Of a DNA stretch of 64,000 nt, positions 1 through 13,907 are shown piece after piece; within the stretch, counting starts at the first letter, position 1, and each line of letters starts with the position of its first letter. Origin of the DNA: Eledone cirrhosa (taxonomy: Eukaryota); the NCBI GenBank assembly GCA_964016885.1, contig OZ024740.1:281170001-281234000 (forward strand), given 5' to 3'. Made by a program: the position numbers and the translations under genes. The notes under the pieces were generated by a model. It did not search any database, was not told the origin of the DNA, and was given only the letters and a program-made list of their open reading frames with translations.

Positions 1-511
1 CCTAACACATTTTTAAGCTTTAACAAAAATCTTCCACATATGTTAATGTGGTAGTGTCAAATTTCTCTGCCATTAAAAAAAATATGTTTATAACATACAT
101 TTTTTAATTGTTACAAAAATATTATTAACTTTACGGCAATAGAACTTTTTGACACTGTATTATTTTAATAGCTCTGTAGGTGCATGACTGTGCCCGTCTG
201 TATACAAATATGTATATAAGTATGCGCTTGTATATTTAGCTGTAAAATCAATTTATGATTAAATACCAATGTATGAATTTGTAATTATTTATACACTTTG
301 TATATGTTGAATTGGTAGTCGTTACAGCTTTGGATTAAAATGCTTCGCGCTCTGAGTTCAAATTCTGCCGAGGTCAACTTGAATTGGTACTATTTATAAA
401 TACCTGCCAATCGTTACATAAAGTACTAATTTAGGATGTGATTATTTGCGATATATCTTTTGATCCTTTGTGTTTTGAATTGTCATGCAACATCACTTGT
501 GCCAAACTGTA

Positions 512-705
512 TAGACCTGCCAACTTCTAAAATCTCAAACGGGGAGTACCATAAAAATATTGCTCCAAAACGGGGAGAAATGAGGCAAAATAGGGAGATT
601 TTATATATTGAAATCTATACCCATTTTCACAAGAGAAGACATCTCTCACCCACCCTAAACCGAGTGGGCGATCTACCCGCCGAACGGGGAGAATTGACAG
701 GTCTG
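512..705. mobile_element. Short MITE-like element with imperfect terminal inverted repeats
   Basis: TAGACCTGCCAA at 512 and TTGACAGGTCTG ending 705; internal AACGGGGAG subrepeats; no clear TSD. Confidence 0.45.
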
Positions 706-2017
706 AGACTTTGAACAACATCGCTAGCGTGGATAGAGGAGAATGCAAACATGGGTGACTGCTGGTCTTTCCCACCAAATCATAAAATTTGCTTGTTGAG
801 ATGATGATTGTGAGACACATTGAGTGATGAAAATCAAAACTAGTCAAAGGCTGGAGGGATTCATGAGGATCAACCACCATCCAATAAGGTGCCTATATAT
901 GTGTGTTTACAAGTTTATGTAAATAGATATATAGAAATGTATTCTCTTACTTGAAACCTACTTTTCGTTTAGTTTCCGGCCACCGTGCTTCAAACATTTA
1001 GAGAATGACTTGCACATGCGACTGTCACTATAAAATCTGTCACATTTTCCCCTCCGCGCAAATTAGGACACGGGCTTCATGTTACCACATTCAGGGTGTG
1101 TAGTTTTTTTTATATATATTTTATATTATGTATAACACAATATTACGTTCTTCGTTGATTATGATCGATTGAATAGTGGCTGGTTCTTAATTTAATAACT
1201 AAAAATAGATTAAACAAAGTGGAATTCAGTGATAGTTTAATTATAAAACAAAAGTATGAAACTAGTGCGGCACTATCCCATTTCGCAACCATTGTTATAA
1301 ATGTTTATTACAAAACTGAATACGTAACTAAGGTATTATTTTCTAATAGTTACAGCCCTTTACGTTCTGAGTTCAAATCTCGCAGAGGTTAGCTTTGTCT
1401 TTCATCGTTACGGGGTCGATACTAAAGCACCAGTAATACACCGGGGTCGATTTAATCGAATTTCCCTTCCTTTAAAATAGTTGGCCTTGTGCCTAAATCA
1501 GAATCCATTATTTTCTAATATTTTACTCTTGAATAGAATTTTTTTTTAATTGCAGCACGGTTAAACACTTTTTATGCAAGAATATAGTTGCTTGGGTCTA
1601 GTTCTGTACTTGTCTGATCGAGAAGTATATAAAATAAAACCGACATTAACTGGAAATGAAACATGAACGTAGACGTATAAAAGAAACTTTAATAAAACAG
1701 TTAAAAGTTCTGTTGGTCAATCAATTCATCAAACATCTCACATGAAATTTAATTGCTTCTGCCAAGGTAATAAATCAATCATTTAAATCATTATTTCAAA
1801 TATAAGTAGTTTCAACAAATATTTATTGGATGATATATGGTGCTCAATGAGAAATATTTAGTAAAATATATTATCTCTGCTGAAATATGCCTTTGACTGA
1901 TAGTATTTCACAGATTTTATAATGAAATATATTTCCATAACTTATGATTCCTTGAGGTAATGTCAAATGTTGTCTATATATATATATGTATTATATTAAA
2001 TAATATTATAAATATAA

Positions 2018-2206
2018 GGGCGGTGGATTGGCAGTATCGGTAGAGGGTTTGACGCCATGCTTTCCAGCATAGTTACGTCCCTTTACGATCTGAGTTCAAA
2101 TCCCGCCGAGGTTGACTTTGCCTTTCATCCTTACGGGGTCGATAAAATAAAGTACCAGTAATGCACTGGGTAATTGCTGGCCTTGTGCCTAAAGTAGAAA
2201 CAATTA
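2018..2206 (+). mobile_element. tRNA-derived SINE family A (octopus-type), representative copy
   Basis: A-box-like TGGCAGTATCGG, B box GAGTTCAAATCC, body GCCTTTCATCCTTACGGGGTCGATAAAATAAAGTACCAG, tail GGCCTTGTGCCTAAAGTAGAAACAATT. Other copies approx. 1345-1510, 3323-3427, 11544-11722(-), 16349-16530, 26139-26345, 26350-26532, 32348-32421, 34886-35035(-), 37305-37470, 41267-41440(-), 46297-46483(-), 46629-46815, 47032-47222. Confidence 0.9.
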
Positions 2207-2213
2207 TAAATAT

Positions 2214-2268
<55 letters not shown>

Positions 2269-2315
2269 ATTATATATATATGTGTGTGTGTGTATTATAT
2301 ATATATGTGTGTGTG

Positions 2316-2354
<39 letters not shown>

Positions 2355-2355
2355 A

Positions 2356-2570
2356 AGGCGTGTGGCTGAGTGGTTAGAGAATTGGATTCACAATCGTGAG
2401 ATTGTGAGTTCGATTCCTGGACCGGGCGATGCGTTATGTCCTTGAGCAAGACACTTTATTTCACGTTGCTCCTTCTACCTGGAATTGCGACCGATAGATA
2501 GTATAGGCAACTGGAAAGACCGACGAAAACATTGTTTCCTCGGTCCGATTTGACGAAAGTCGATCTATCT
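2356..2570 (+). mobile_element. tRNA-derived CORE-type SINE family B, representative copy
   Basis: A box TGGCTGAGTGG, B box GAGTTCGATTCC, CORE-like TGTCCTTGAGCAAGACACTT; near-identical copies 8579-8790 and 18043-18254(-), diverged copy 43424-43700. Confidence 0.85.
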
Positions 2571-3599
2571 TTCTTCTTCTTCTTATATATATACTATGTT
2601 GATATATTCTTATATTTATTATATTTTCTTTGACATCGCTTCGGTGTGTGTGAGAGTGTGTGTGTACCCACTCACACTAATTGTGACCGTCTATAGTTCT
2701 ACAGATCTGATGCTGTGTCGGTATGTGTATATATATTTTTTTTCTTTGACCTCGAGTCGGTGTGTGTGGGTGTTGAGTGTGTGTGTGTACCCACTCACAT
2801 TAACTGTGACCGACTGTAATTCTACAGATTTGATTGATGTCCAGCGCCTTTTGCAGCTATTGGGATATAGAAACTTGAGAGTTTTATGACCTTAACTGAA
2901 GCTGATAGTAGTCGCCGTATTTTGACTGCTTGATCTTCATATGGGGGAATAAACTCTGTGAGTGAACATTGCTAATTTTCTCCCTCATATCAAGAATTTG
3001 AAGACAATTCATTTTCACCTGACGAGATCAGTGATAATCGGTCATGGCTTCACAATCGATCTATCTCTTATGGAAAGATGTGTCGTGATTAAAATGATTG
3101 GAAATTTTACCTTGCCTTCGGATTTTCATTTTGATACTAATACTCCGTTTTACAACATCTAGCTGTTCCCTTGAATGGAATTGGAGATATACAAAAGCGT
3201 GGAGAACTTAATATTGCTAACAAAACTTTATTGGATCGTTTTACACAACCAATAATACACCTTACTATATGACAACTATATATATGTGTGTGTGTGTGTA
3301 TTATATTATATAATATTATAAAAGGGCGGTGGAGTGGCAGTATCGGTAGAGGGTCGGAAGCCATGCATAGTTACGGCCCTTGCCATTCTGAGTTCAAATC
3401 CCGCCGAGGTTAACTTTAACTTTCATAACTTTACCATTGAGTTTGCCATTTGTTATGATCATTTGTTTCTTTTTTGCAGTATCTTTGAATCACAGTGTAT
3501 GTTTTCCTCGGTTTCTTTTACCCATGAATAGTTGGGAGTAAATGAGTTGTCTGAGGAGTCTGCTGGTTTACTTCCTGTGTACGTAGCCTAACAATCGTA

Positions 3600-3780
3600 A
3601 AGTTCTCACAATGAGGGTTTCCATCATAGGATACCGCCCAGATTTGCAGCATGTAAATTGTCTACTTGAACTTTATAAACTCTCCAGGTTTCAGCTATAT
3701 ACAGTAAGGAAGAAAACATCATAGCCTGTTGCACCTTGTATTTTTGTATTTTCCACAACCTGAACCTGTAGCCATCCAAA
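3600..3780 (-). mobile_element. RTE-type LINE RT C-terminal fragment
   Basis: [27 protein letters not shown] resembles the RTE 'K..VY.A.V.S.LLY..ETW' motif. Confidence 0.6.
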
Positions 3781-3823
3781 CGTATATATACATGTGAATC
3801 TGTGTGTGTACGTATGTTTGCAG

Positions 3824-3996
<173 letters not shown>

Positions 3997-4050
3997 CGTT
4001 TCTGAATTTGTTTAGCAAGATTCTTTATCTGACATCGTGTGTTGGAACCG

Positions 4051-4456
4051 ATATTGTTATACATTGGGAGGGTCATGTTGCCAATAAGAAACACACGCAC
4101 CAGTTGCTTTCACTTCAATTTATTATAATAAATTTATAATAAATTTATAAATTTATAAATTTCTGGTTGGTTGGTTGGTTCCACAACCAGATAGTTGTTT
4201 ATATATTGTCATAGTTCTTTCGTCACACACTCTGTGACCACAGAAACAAAGAAAGGAATCTCCAGTCCCTGAAGAGGTTACAGAGTGTGTGACGAAAGAA
4301 CTATGACAATATATAAACAACTATCTGGTTGTGGAACCAACCAACCAACCAGAAATTTATAAATTTATAAATTTATTATAAATTTATTATAATAAATTGA
4401 AGGGAAAGCAACTGGTGCGTGTGTTTCTTATTGGCAACATGACCCTCCCAAAGTAT

Positions 4457-4464
<8 letters not shown>
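4051..4464. repeat. ~190-bp-arm palindrome (inverted pLTR-like) abutting (TA)n
   Basis: 4051-4239 is the near-perfect reverse complement of 4276-4464; a related segment recurs at ~31530-31650. Confidence 0.85.
4265..4307 (+). ncRNA. Minimal type I hammerhead ribozyme (slightly degenerate)
   Basis: GTCC CTGAAGA G GTTAC-AGAGTGT-GTGAC GAAA GAAC TA TGAC. Confidence 0.6.
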
Positions 4465-4510
<46 letters not shown>

Positions 4511-4530
4511 CCAAAAGTTAAACAAGGTAT

Positions 4531-5212
4531 GGCATAGGTTAAGTATAAAGTCCTCGAAAATGAAAGTGAATTTTCTGTCAAATGAATGTGTTTGTTTTTT
4601 TTACAGTGAAATTTACGATACACTCTTTGTTTATTTACAACAGGTCTCTATAGTGATATGGTGTTAATTAATATTGCGTGTGTGATTATTTTCTCTTATA
4701 TATATATGTGTGGGTGTGTATATGTGTGTATATATATGTGTGTCTGTGTGTATATATATGTGTGTCTGTATGTATATATATATGTGTGTTTGTATATATA
4801 TATATATATGTTTGTGTCATCATCATCGTTTAGATGTTTTACCCAAATCCCTTATCATTCTCTGTCCTTCTTATGACTCGACCTTAATTTGTTTATAGTT
4901 GGTGCCAACTTTGGCAAGATATTACAAAAACATCTAAACGATGACGATGACACAAACACATATATATACAAACACACATATATATATACATACAGACACA
5001 CATATATATACACACATATACACACCCACACATATATATATAAGAGAAAATAATCACAGACGCAATACTAATTAACACCATATCACTATAGAGACCTGTT
5101 GTAAATAAACAAAAAAGTGTATCGTAAATTTCACTGTAAAAGAAACAAACAAACACATTCACTTGTCAGAAAATTCACTTTCATTTTCGAGGACGTTATT
5201 CTTAACCTATGC
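4531..5212. repeat. ~290-bp-arm inverted repeat element next to (TA)n
   Basis: 4531-4840 is the reverse complement of ~4928-5212 with a few mismatches. Confidence 0.85.
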
Positions 5213-5362
5213 CCAAGGTTCATTGATTAATCAATGAATATAGTTTTACAATAGATTAGAAGCACTCAACAGTTAAAGTTTTCAGGAGTTATTAATATTA
5301 ATTCAAAATATTAATAAATATAGTCATTCAACGTAATCAAAATATGACATCAATTTATATAA

Positions 5363-5422
5363 TTTATCTGATGACGACGTACTGAAAAAACAGCAGAGTA
5401 CTTCCGAAATATATATAATAAA
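5363..5422 (+). ncRNA. Minimal type I hammerhead ribozyme
   Basis: TTTAT CTGATGA CGAC-GTACT...AGTAC-TTCC GAAA TATATA TA ATAAA; flanked by inverted arms ~5297-5345/5423-5473. Confidence 0.7.
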
Positions 5423-5468
5423 ATATGTTTTGATTACGTTGAATGTCTATATTTATCAATATTTTGAA

Positions 5469-5518
<50 letters not shown>

Positions 5519-5570
5519 TATATATAATGACGAAACATAAGTCAATTGCATGAACTCATAATATTTATTT

Positions 5571-5626
5571 ACTGCTATATATATTTCGATGATAGCCATT
5601 GTATGTCTATGACCTCATCAGGCAGT
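5571..5626 (-). ncRNA. Minimal type I hammerhead ribozyme
   Basis: Reverse complement: ACTGC CTGATGA GGTCATAG-loop-CTATCATC GAAA TATATA TA GCAGT; perfect 5-bp stem I, palindromic stem/loop III. Confidence 0.85.
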
Positions 5627-6819
5627 TAGTCAGTTCTGAGATATGCCAGCTCTGTGCTTTTGTGTTGATGGTTTCAGAGCCTTGGGAAATATGAGCTTGT
5701 TAGGGATAATGTAATGTTGAGCAGGAATAATCTTAATTCTCATTGCTCAGTTTGTAGACGCTAGTAGGATTGGTATTTCACCTCAAGGAGGTCGGTGGTG
5801 TTGTAAAGTTCAAACCGTCAGGCAAGATGACAATAGTTCCATATGACTGATTTTCAGAAATAGCATTCCTGGTCAGATATATATTCAATTGAGGTTTATA
5901 GTATGAAATTCGATACTACAGGTCATTCTTAAATTGAGGAATTTATGTGGGGTGGTTCTACTGAAAATTATGGTTAGAGTCAAATACTTAGAAAGTTTAC
6001 ATATAAACAGACTTGTGTTGGTTGACTTGCACATACACTCACACCCACCCCCACAGACACACACACACATCTACACATGAACATCCATACAGATGTGTAT
6101 ATATATGTATGTACACACAAGTGCGTATATATATACAAAAGAGGCCTCCAAATCCAAGTATATGGCAGACATAAAACGAGGTGGTGTTATTTTTAAAGAA
6201 AAGTAAAGTGGGTGTTTGAAAAAGTTATTGTTTAGACTAGACAAAAGTAGAGTGTGATATATATCTTCACAGCAATAGCTTAGGGGCTTTGGAGCTTAGG
6301 CGAATCCCTTAGTGCAGACATATACAGGTACACGCACCCACCCACACTTGTATACCTCTGGATGCGTGTGTATGTCTATATAGACATGTGCATTCATACA
6401 AGAGAGCATACACAAATATACTCTTAAGCATACACTCGAACATTTTTCAAAAGCGACCTGGGGTATTATTATTTCATTGCGTTCACATAAGTGTGTACAT
6501 TCACGTAATCCCAGTATACACAAACAACGCACGATTGCGGGCACTCATTCATGTTATAGGGTTAGTACCTTAGGATAATCGCTCTTCCTGTGTGGGCCAC
6601 TCCGGGGGGGGGGGGGTTCATCAGGTTAAAAAACGTGGTTTTGCTGACTCCTAACCAGTAGAGGATCGGGTGGACAAGTCCACCGTGGGGACCACAAACA
6701 ATGGATGGGTGTCGTTGCTCATTGGTCATTGGTACGGGGTGTAGGGAACCTACATGGCGGGGGGGAGGGGGCGTTGTGGGAGGCCATAACCGGTGTTTAT
6801 CCATATAGCTTGAGGAAGT

Positions 6820-7490
6820 TCCCGTCCTTAGGTGTCTGCAGGCGCCGAATAAGTCGGCCCTTCTGTTTAATAGCTTGGTTCCACCATGAAGTATCTCGAG
6901 TGTCTCACTAAGACTGAGGTTGCAAATACCAGACCCATCTCTGTCTGGGGGAACCTTTCTAACCACGGACCAGACCAAAGAGTGCGGGGTCTTCTCAAGT
7001 TTGAGCTTCCAGATCAATTCAGAAAGGGCCGTACATTTCCTCTTTTCTATTCTGTTAAAGGAGTGGCGATGGTTATACCACCTATCTTTGAGAACTCCTC
7101 GCAGTGGATCATGTGTAGTGGTACTCCGAGGTAGGGGTTGTGACCTTGCACCTGTAGACTACGTTTTTCGTCAAGCATTCATTACTAAGGGGGCATAGTG
7201 ATGGGTCTCTGCAATTGCATGACTTTTTAAGCCCCTGCACATGTACCGCCGGGTTAACATCATGCGGGGTTGGCTTGGGTTGCCGCCGCATTCAGCACAG
7301 GATCGTTGGATTCCGCTGTGCTAGTTAGGCCTGTCCGGGGCCTGGTGCGTCCCGCGAGCTGGTTCCGTTGGGAGGCTCCGGGGTTTACGGTGGTATTAGA
7401 GGCAGTGAGCCTATTCCTATTTATGCCGGCTATGTGCTGGGCTACGGAGCGTGTGGTTGAATAGGAAAGTTTCACTGTGTGCCTGTTGAA
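6820..7490 (-). mobile_element. Penelope-like element 3' fragment: linker + GIY-YIG endonuclease (frameshifted)
   Basis: TVKLSYS..., SCNCRDPSLCPLSNECLTKNVVYRCKV, LSELIWKLK..VWSVV..GICNLSLSETLEI..LLNRRADLFGACRH; begins at a (TA)n tract. Confidence 0.85.
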
Positions 7491-7563
7491 TATATATATA
7501 TATATATATATATATTCAACTCGCTAAGAATGTAGTTTCTAATTTGAGTGGAAAGAGATGGGT

Positions 7564-7634
7564 GATGTGTTGGTGTAATAGTAGCACAGTGGTCGCGATA
7601 ACTAAAGATGTGGGTTCGACTCCCATGTACGTCA
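7564..7634 (+). pseudogene. tRNA-like cloverleaf (degenerate)
   Basis: Acceptor GATGTGT/GTACGTC, D arm GTGT/GCAC, T arm GTGGG-TTCGACT-CCCAT, A and B boxes; many G.U pairs and no U33. Confidence 0.55.
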
Positions 7635-7767
7635 ATACTCATCTTTTCCCATTTATCTGAGGGTTCTAAACCCCATTATCAGGCTAAAATTGCTTTAGTC
7701 AAAAATACGGTGAAAGCTATATATTTTCTAATTTCAAACCTGCTCACTGTTTCAAAACATACTTACT

Positions 7768-7805
<38 letters not shown>

Positions 7806-7809
<4 letters not shown>

Positions 7810-8546
7810 GTGCTGCGTGGTTGCAAATGGGTTACATATGAATAAAGTTAGTCCTTCATCAGTGATCTTCCAACCTTCATTGGTATTTCATCGCTTTAAA
7901 GACCCTATACCTCCGGTTGGTGCGAGCAACGGCTAAAGAAAGTCGTTGGGACACGTAAATAAGGGGAACGAGTGAGACTGTAAACAATCAAAGATGGTAA
8001 TGCAACGAAAAGTGAGGAAGAAGGAGTCAAGTCCCAGGATTCTATGAATATAAGTTCTGTGAAATTGTGGACGAGAGAGAATAAAGACCATCAAACCTAG
8101 TCGAAATGTGAGCAAGGAAAGAATTCCGCACATGTCAAACAGGAGGAAGAAGGAGTCTAGTCCCTGAATTCGGTGAACATAAGTTCTGTGACATCGTAGA
8201 CAAGAGAGAAAAAAAGGAACCAACCTGGTCAAGTGTGCGCGAGAAAAGAATTACGCACAGGTCAAACGGGAAGAAGTAGGAGAAGGAGTAGAAGAGAGTG
8301 AGTGTGTGAAGGGTGAGGAAGAGGCTAACAGAGAGAATGACTCTTAGAGAGGGTAAAGGGAGGTGAAAGATACAGAGAAAGAGGAAGTAGTAAGAATGAA
8401 ATAGACGGGTCATAGCGGAGGGAAATATATGTGTGAATATGAAAACAAAACGTGCTGCGTGGTTGCAAATTGGTTACATATGAATAAAGTTAGTCCTTCA
8501 TCAGTGAGCTTCCAACCTTCATTGGTATTTCATCGCTTTAAAGACC
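7806..8546 (-). mobile_element. Non-coding element with ~100-bp terminal direct repeats between (TA)n tracts
   Basis: 7806-7904 is nearly identical to 8448-8546; purine-rich interior with a ~68-bp internal duplication; CTGATGA on the minus strand of each repeat. Confidence 0.7.
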
Positions 8547-8793
8547 ATTATATATATATATACGTATATATATATGTGAAGGCGTGTGGCTGAGTGGTTA
8601 GTGAATTGGATTCGCAATCGTAAGGTTGTGAGTTCGATTCCTGGACCAGGTGATGCGTTATGTCCTTGAGCAAGACACTTTATTTCACGTTGCTCCTTCT
8701 ACCTGGAGTTGCGACCGATAGATAGTATTAGCAATTGGAAAGACCAACGGAAACATTGTTCCCTCGGTCCGATTTGACGAAAGTCGATCGTTC

Positions 8794-8829
<36 letters not shown>

Positions 8830-8837
8830 TATAGAAA

Positions 8838-8887
8838 TGGCTTCTACAGGACTAGAACTGTTTCATTCGAAGGAAACCATCAGGAAA

Positions 8888-8890
<3 letters not shown>
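8838..8890 (-). ncRNA. Type I hammerhead ribozyme (A9G in this copy)
   Basis: Reverse complement: TGGTTTC CTGATGG T TTC-CTTC-GAA T GAAA CAG-TTCTAGTC-CTG TA GAAGCCA; truncated relatives at ~36204-36248(-) and ~45278-45320(+). Confidence 0.75.
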
Positions 8891-8926
<36 letters not shown>

Positions 8927-9002
8927 ACGTAAAATAAGAAAATTATAACTTACTTACTAAAATTTCACTCCAAATAATTAGTTTCTGAAAGGGAATAAAC
9001 AT

Positions 9003-9047
9003 GGTTTCCAAATGGAAAGCATGGAGAAGCCATTTCGTCATCAGGAA
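9003..9047 (-). ncRNA. Degenerate hammerhead core
   Basis: CTGATGA C(G)AAATGG...CCATTT G GAAAC on the reverse strand; stems I and III poorly supported. Confidence 0.4.
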
Positions 9048-10407
9048 GTCGTTCTCAGCTAAGATCCCAGGCGATGCGTGGACACAGGGAACTTATACAA
9101 AAATAATTCAGTGGATGGAAAAAAGCAAGCGTGGACTAAATTCCAAGACATTGAAAAAATCACTGCCTACTTGGTCGGTGGCAAATTCAAAAGAATCAAC
9201 CACGTGACATCGAGGTTAATCAGTGAGGAGTGGGGTGTTAAAAAGACAGTAGCCATTCTATTACTATGGTTTTTTTCAATGTCTTGGAATTTAGTTCACG
9301 CTTGCTTTTATATATATATAGTTTTAATATGTAATATGCATTGAATACTTTACTTACTCTGGTTAGCTCCGATTCAACTCGGAATAACTGACCTATATAT
9401 ATATATATATCGACAGTCGATCGACTTTCGTCAAATCTGACCGAGGAGACCTTTAGCTCAAGAATCGGCAAAATTGCAACGGTTGAAACTCTAGGAATTG
9501 TCCATTATCAGGGAAATATATGTACAAAAACATCGTCTACCAATTTGTCGTCAAATCAAAACTGGGAATAATAAATGTATGGGTGCCACTTCAAATCTTT
9601 TCAAGAAGAGCTGGTATATGCACACCCACATGTTTAGAAACTCCAGTTTAGTAAGATCCACGGCCCTAGTTAAAGGAAATCTGTGACCTGAAGCGCGCCA
9701 ATATAGAATACATGCTGCTATGGTCAGTGATGAGATTCGCCTGTCCATACTGGAATGAAAGACACCCAACTGAATTATATCTGGCGGAGTTTGTTGAAAT
9801 AACGACCGGAAAAGACCTTCTAAATTATCGTCATGATAGAATATTTAATTGCAAGTATAAGGGTCTAAAAACATTCACTAAATGCAAAATAGATTAGAAG
9901 AGGATTCGATCTAAGATACCAGTAATTCACTACATCGTACATACTATGTCTACCTTGTGGCATTTGAACATTTCACACAGCACACACATAATTCAGTAGT
10001 CTTCAAAACTTTCTTACTTCCTTCATTTCCCTCGCCATTCTATCCTTTTCTTAATATCCACCCTTTCCTGATCTAATCCTTTCTCTCTCCCCTCTCTGTA
10101 TCCCTGACCACATATGGCGAACACTGAAACCTTCACCTATGTCAATGATCAGAGAAAACTTGTTCCACATCACAGTATGAAACATTTTTGCCGAAATATC
10201 GGTATCGATTGAAATCTGATATCGGTAGAAGGAAGAAAGAACTAAGATTACTAAGCTGCTCAGTAAAAGGTTAATATTATCTCACTTAAATCACAGTGCT
10301 TTGTGATTGCCTCACACAATTCGAATAGTACTTACTATACAAGAGCTAAAACTTCGATTTGTACCTATTATATATAAATATATATAGATTACATACATAC
10401 ATACATA

Positions 10408-10486
<79 letters not shown>

Positions 10487-10651
10487 GGAATGCTTGCCTC
10501 TAAGTATTCCTCTGGAGGAACAATTATACCAGCAATGGTAAAATTCGTTTGCTGTTGTAGAGATTGGACTGCCCACCAACAATATCATCAAAGACAATAA
10601 TGTTCCTTCTCTGAAGATTCTAAGTACATAATCTTTATAGTAATATGTATG

Positions 10652-11142
<491 letters not shown>

Positions 11143-12252
11143 TTAACTGTTCATATATCTATCTCTCTATCTACTTCTATATATTCGTTCCCTCATGCTT
11201 GATTCTCTCCCTCACTCCCTCAGTCCGTCTCTCTCTCTCTCTCGATCTCTCTTTCCATATATACAGATGTGTCTATGTACGTGTGTGTCTGAGTGTATGT
11301 TTGTGTGTGTATAATACACAAATATAACCTTCTTCAAGTTAGCTGTAGAAATTGATTATTACTTATTTCCTCATCTTCCGTAAAACAGCAGATTTTTTAT
11401 TAGTTCAACTAATTCATGATACAAAACAATTTTTTTTCATAATTATTTCCTTTATTCAAAGTATATCAATTTAAAAACTACACATAACGACAAACATATT
11501 CAATATATAACATTTCCTAATATGAAAAGCCATTGACAATATATAATTGTTTCTATTTTGGCACAAGACCAGCAATTATCCCAGTGTATTACGGGTACGT
11601 TATTTTATCGTCCCGTAAGGATGAAAGGCAAAGTTAACCTCGGTGGGATTTGAACTCAGATCATAAAGGGCCGTAACTCTTTGCTGAAAAGCATGGCGTT
11701 CGATCCTCTACCGATACTGCCAATATAATGATTATTGTGCAGTATCTAATGAAAACAAAACCCACTAAAAAGGCAAGAAGAAAGGGAAAATTGGAAGAAA
11801 AAGGAGAAATGAGAAGAAGCTAAAGAAAAAAAAGGGATCAACAGCAAAAGAAAAGGAGAGGAGGGACGCTATATCCCAGTCTGAGTGGTGCCACAGAAAC
11901 GCCCCGCGGACAAAATGGCAAAGCATTACTGCAGAGAATAGCCAGAGACATCCGATGACACCTAGTCACGTAATTATATACCATAAATACCTCGCTGCTG
12001 TTTAAAATAAATATATACTTTTATTTTCCCCAAATTCGCCATTTTTCTTATACCGTTATAGGCGAGCTAATATCTCCTTTTCTTTATCCTTCGCAGTTCT
12101 CATTGAAGATAAGAGTAATTTACTAAATGTTGCCAGTTGCTAAGATGCCGAACAAATAGTTACACACCATATTTCAGAATGAATACGATGTAATATATTT
12201 CAGAACCGATACGATATAATAAACGTTCACCATGGAAAAATTTAGTATTATA

Positions 12253-13073
12253 CAAGCAGAATGGCCCGGCGTTGCTCGGGATTCTAAACATAGATTGGTA
12301 TGTTTATTCCTCCTTTCTGAAACAGTACAGAGAAGTACGGAATACCTCGGTCCGGGGATGGTGTCTACATTTTCTGCTTATAAAAAAAATTCGTCGTAAA
12401 TTACCAGTGGTTTAATTTAATTGGGTGCCTGAGAGTAAAATGTTCAACCCACGAAAGCCAAGAGGATAGGGTTAAGTAAAAAGGCATTCGACAAACCGAA
12501 CATGTATTTGTTGTGGTATGGTACAATGAAAGCAATAGTTACAGAGAAGTAAGCATGTGGGACTGCAGTGGTGGAGAGTGGTGTGGTCTTACTCCTTTCA
12601 ATGTTTCGTCGTATGTTCACCAATTGATGCAGAAGTCCTAATAAAAATTGGAGTCGCTTTGGGTGAAAAGGCAAATAATTTTCCATTACGATTTTTCAAA
12701 AGCATGTAATTGCGTTCCTTCTCTTTTTTTGTTGTTGTTTTTGCTGCTGTTGGTGTGACAGCAGCCGTTGGTGTTACTACTAACACAGTAAGGAAATATA
12801 GTAAGGGTATGTGTATAAATGTGTGTATATGCACCTACAAATGTACATATGAAAAAGTGTGTGCATAAGTACATACATGAGGGCAAGCATATCAGTGTAT
12901 GTGTGACCACAAATACGTATATAATATATGTTGAAAAAAGAAATTGTAAGATAATAGAGTTAGCGTACATACAGACTCAGGAACTAAGGATTGAAATATA
13001 TACATATACAAGTATGAAAGCACGCGTATAAACACACACACACGCGCAACCACAAACATGCATGTGATATATA

Positions 13074-13138
<65 letters not shown>

Positions 13139-13392
13139 GATATAGCGAAGTTAATGTCGTAATGCAGACAGCCAGACATACAGACAGATATTATAAGGGC
13201 GCGACGTTAGAGAGAAAGATCGCAAACCGGCGCCTAATGCGATCCCTAGGGCATTGAAAATTTGAAATATTTTCTGCTCAAAACACTCACACGACCATAA
13301 GTATTGCATGTGTAAAGTTTGAAAAGAAATCGGTTCGGTGGTTCTCTAGTTTTAGGAAGACAAACAAACATTCTCTGTTTTAGATATATAGA
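12253..13392 (-). mobile_element. Non-autonomous Helitron (Lep1-like architecture)
   Basis: Minus-strand 5' TCTATATATCTAAAAACAGAGAATGTTTGTTTGTC; 3' hairpin CCCGAGC-AAC-GC-CGGG then CTTG (degenerate CTRR); inserted between A and T. Confidence 0.7.
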
Positions 13393-13907
13393 TAAGTGTA
13401 GGCCGTGTCACGTAATTCTAACGCAGCTTTTTTCATCACGAATTTATGTATATATCATCTATAAAAAGAATCATATGTTAAGAAAATACTAATGCTTCAA
13501 AATAAATTACTTAAAGTGTCTTATCACACCGCATAGAATCTGATTAGAAATTTCATTTTTCTTAAAAGTCGATAAATTGTCTGCCAAAAAATTTACTGGA
13601 GTCAATTATATCAGTTAAGCCCCATGACTACGAGTTCACTTTGCACTACTTGAAAAGGCATCATTGTCATCAATGAGAAGTAAACTTTATAATTAATATT
13701 AATTGCTTAAAATAATTAAAATATCTGATTTTGTAGTGAAAAATTGTAGAAAAACATTGCTACAAGCAGAAGGTATTGAATACACTGATAATTATTCGTA
13801 CTTATACATTTTCCCCTACCAAAGCAGCTTCATGACTGTCATCAAAATTTGGAAAATTGTAGTGATTCTAACAAAACTGTCGCTGGTACGCGCCATTATC
13901 AAATATT

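Noticed and set aside
10125-10290. Hammerhead-like 3' half (GAAA TATCGG..CTGATA TC), repeated at ~15990-16093
   Set aside because: No recognisable CUGANGA upstream; kept only as a dispersed repeat
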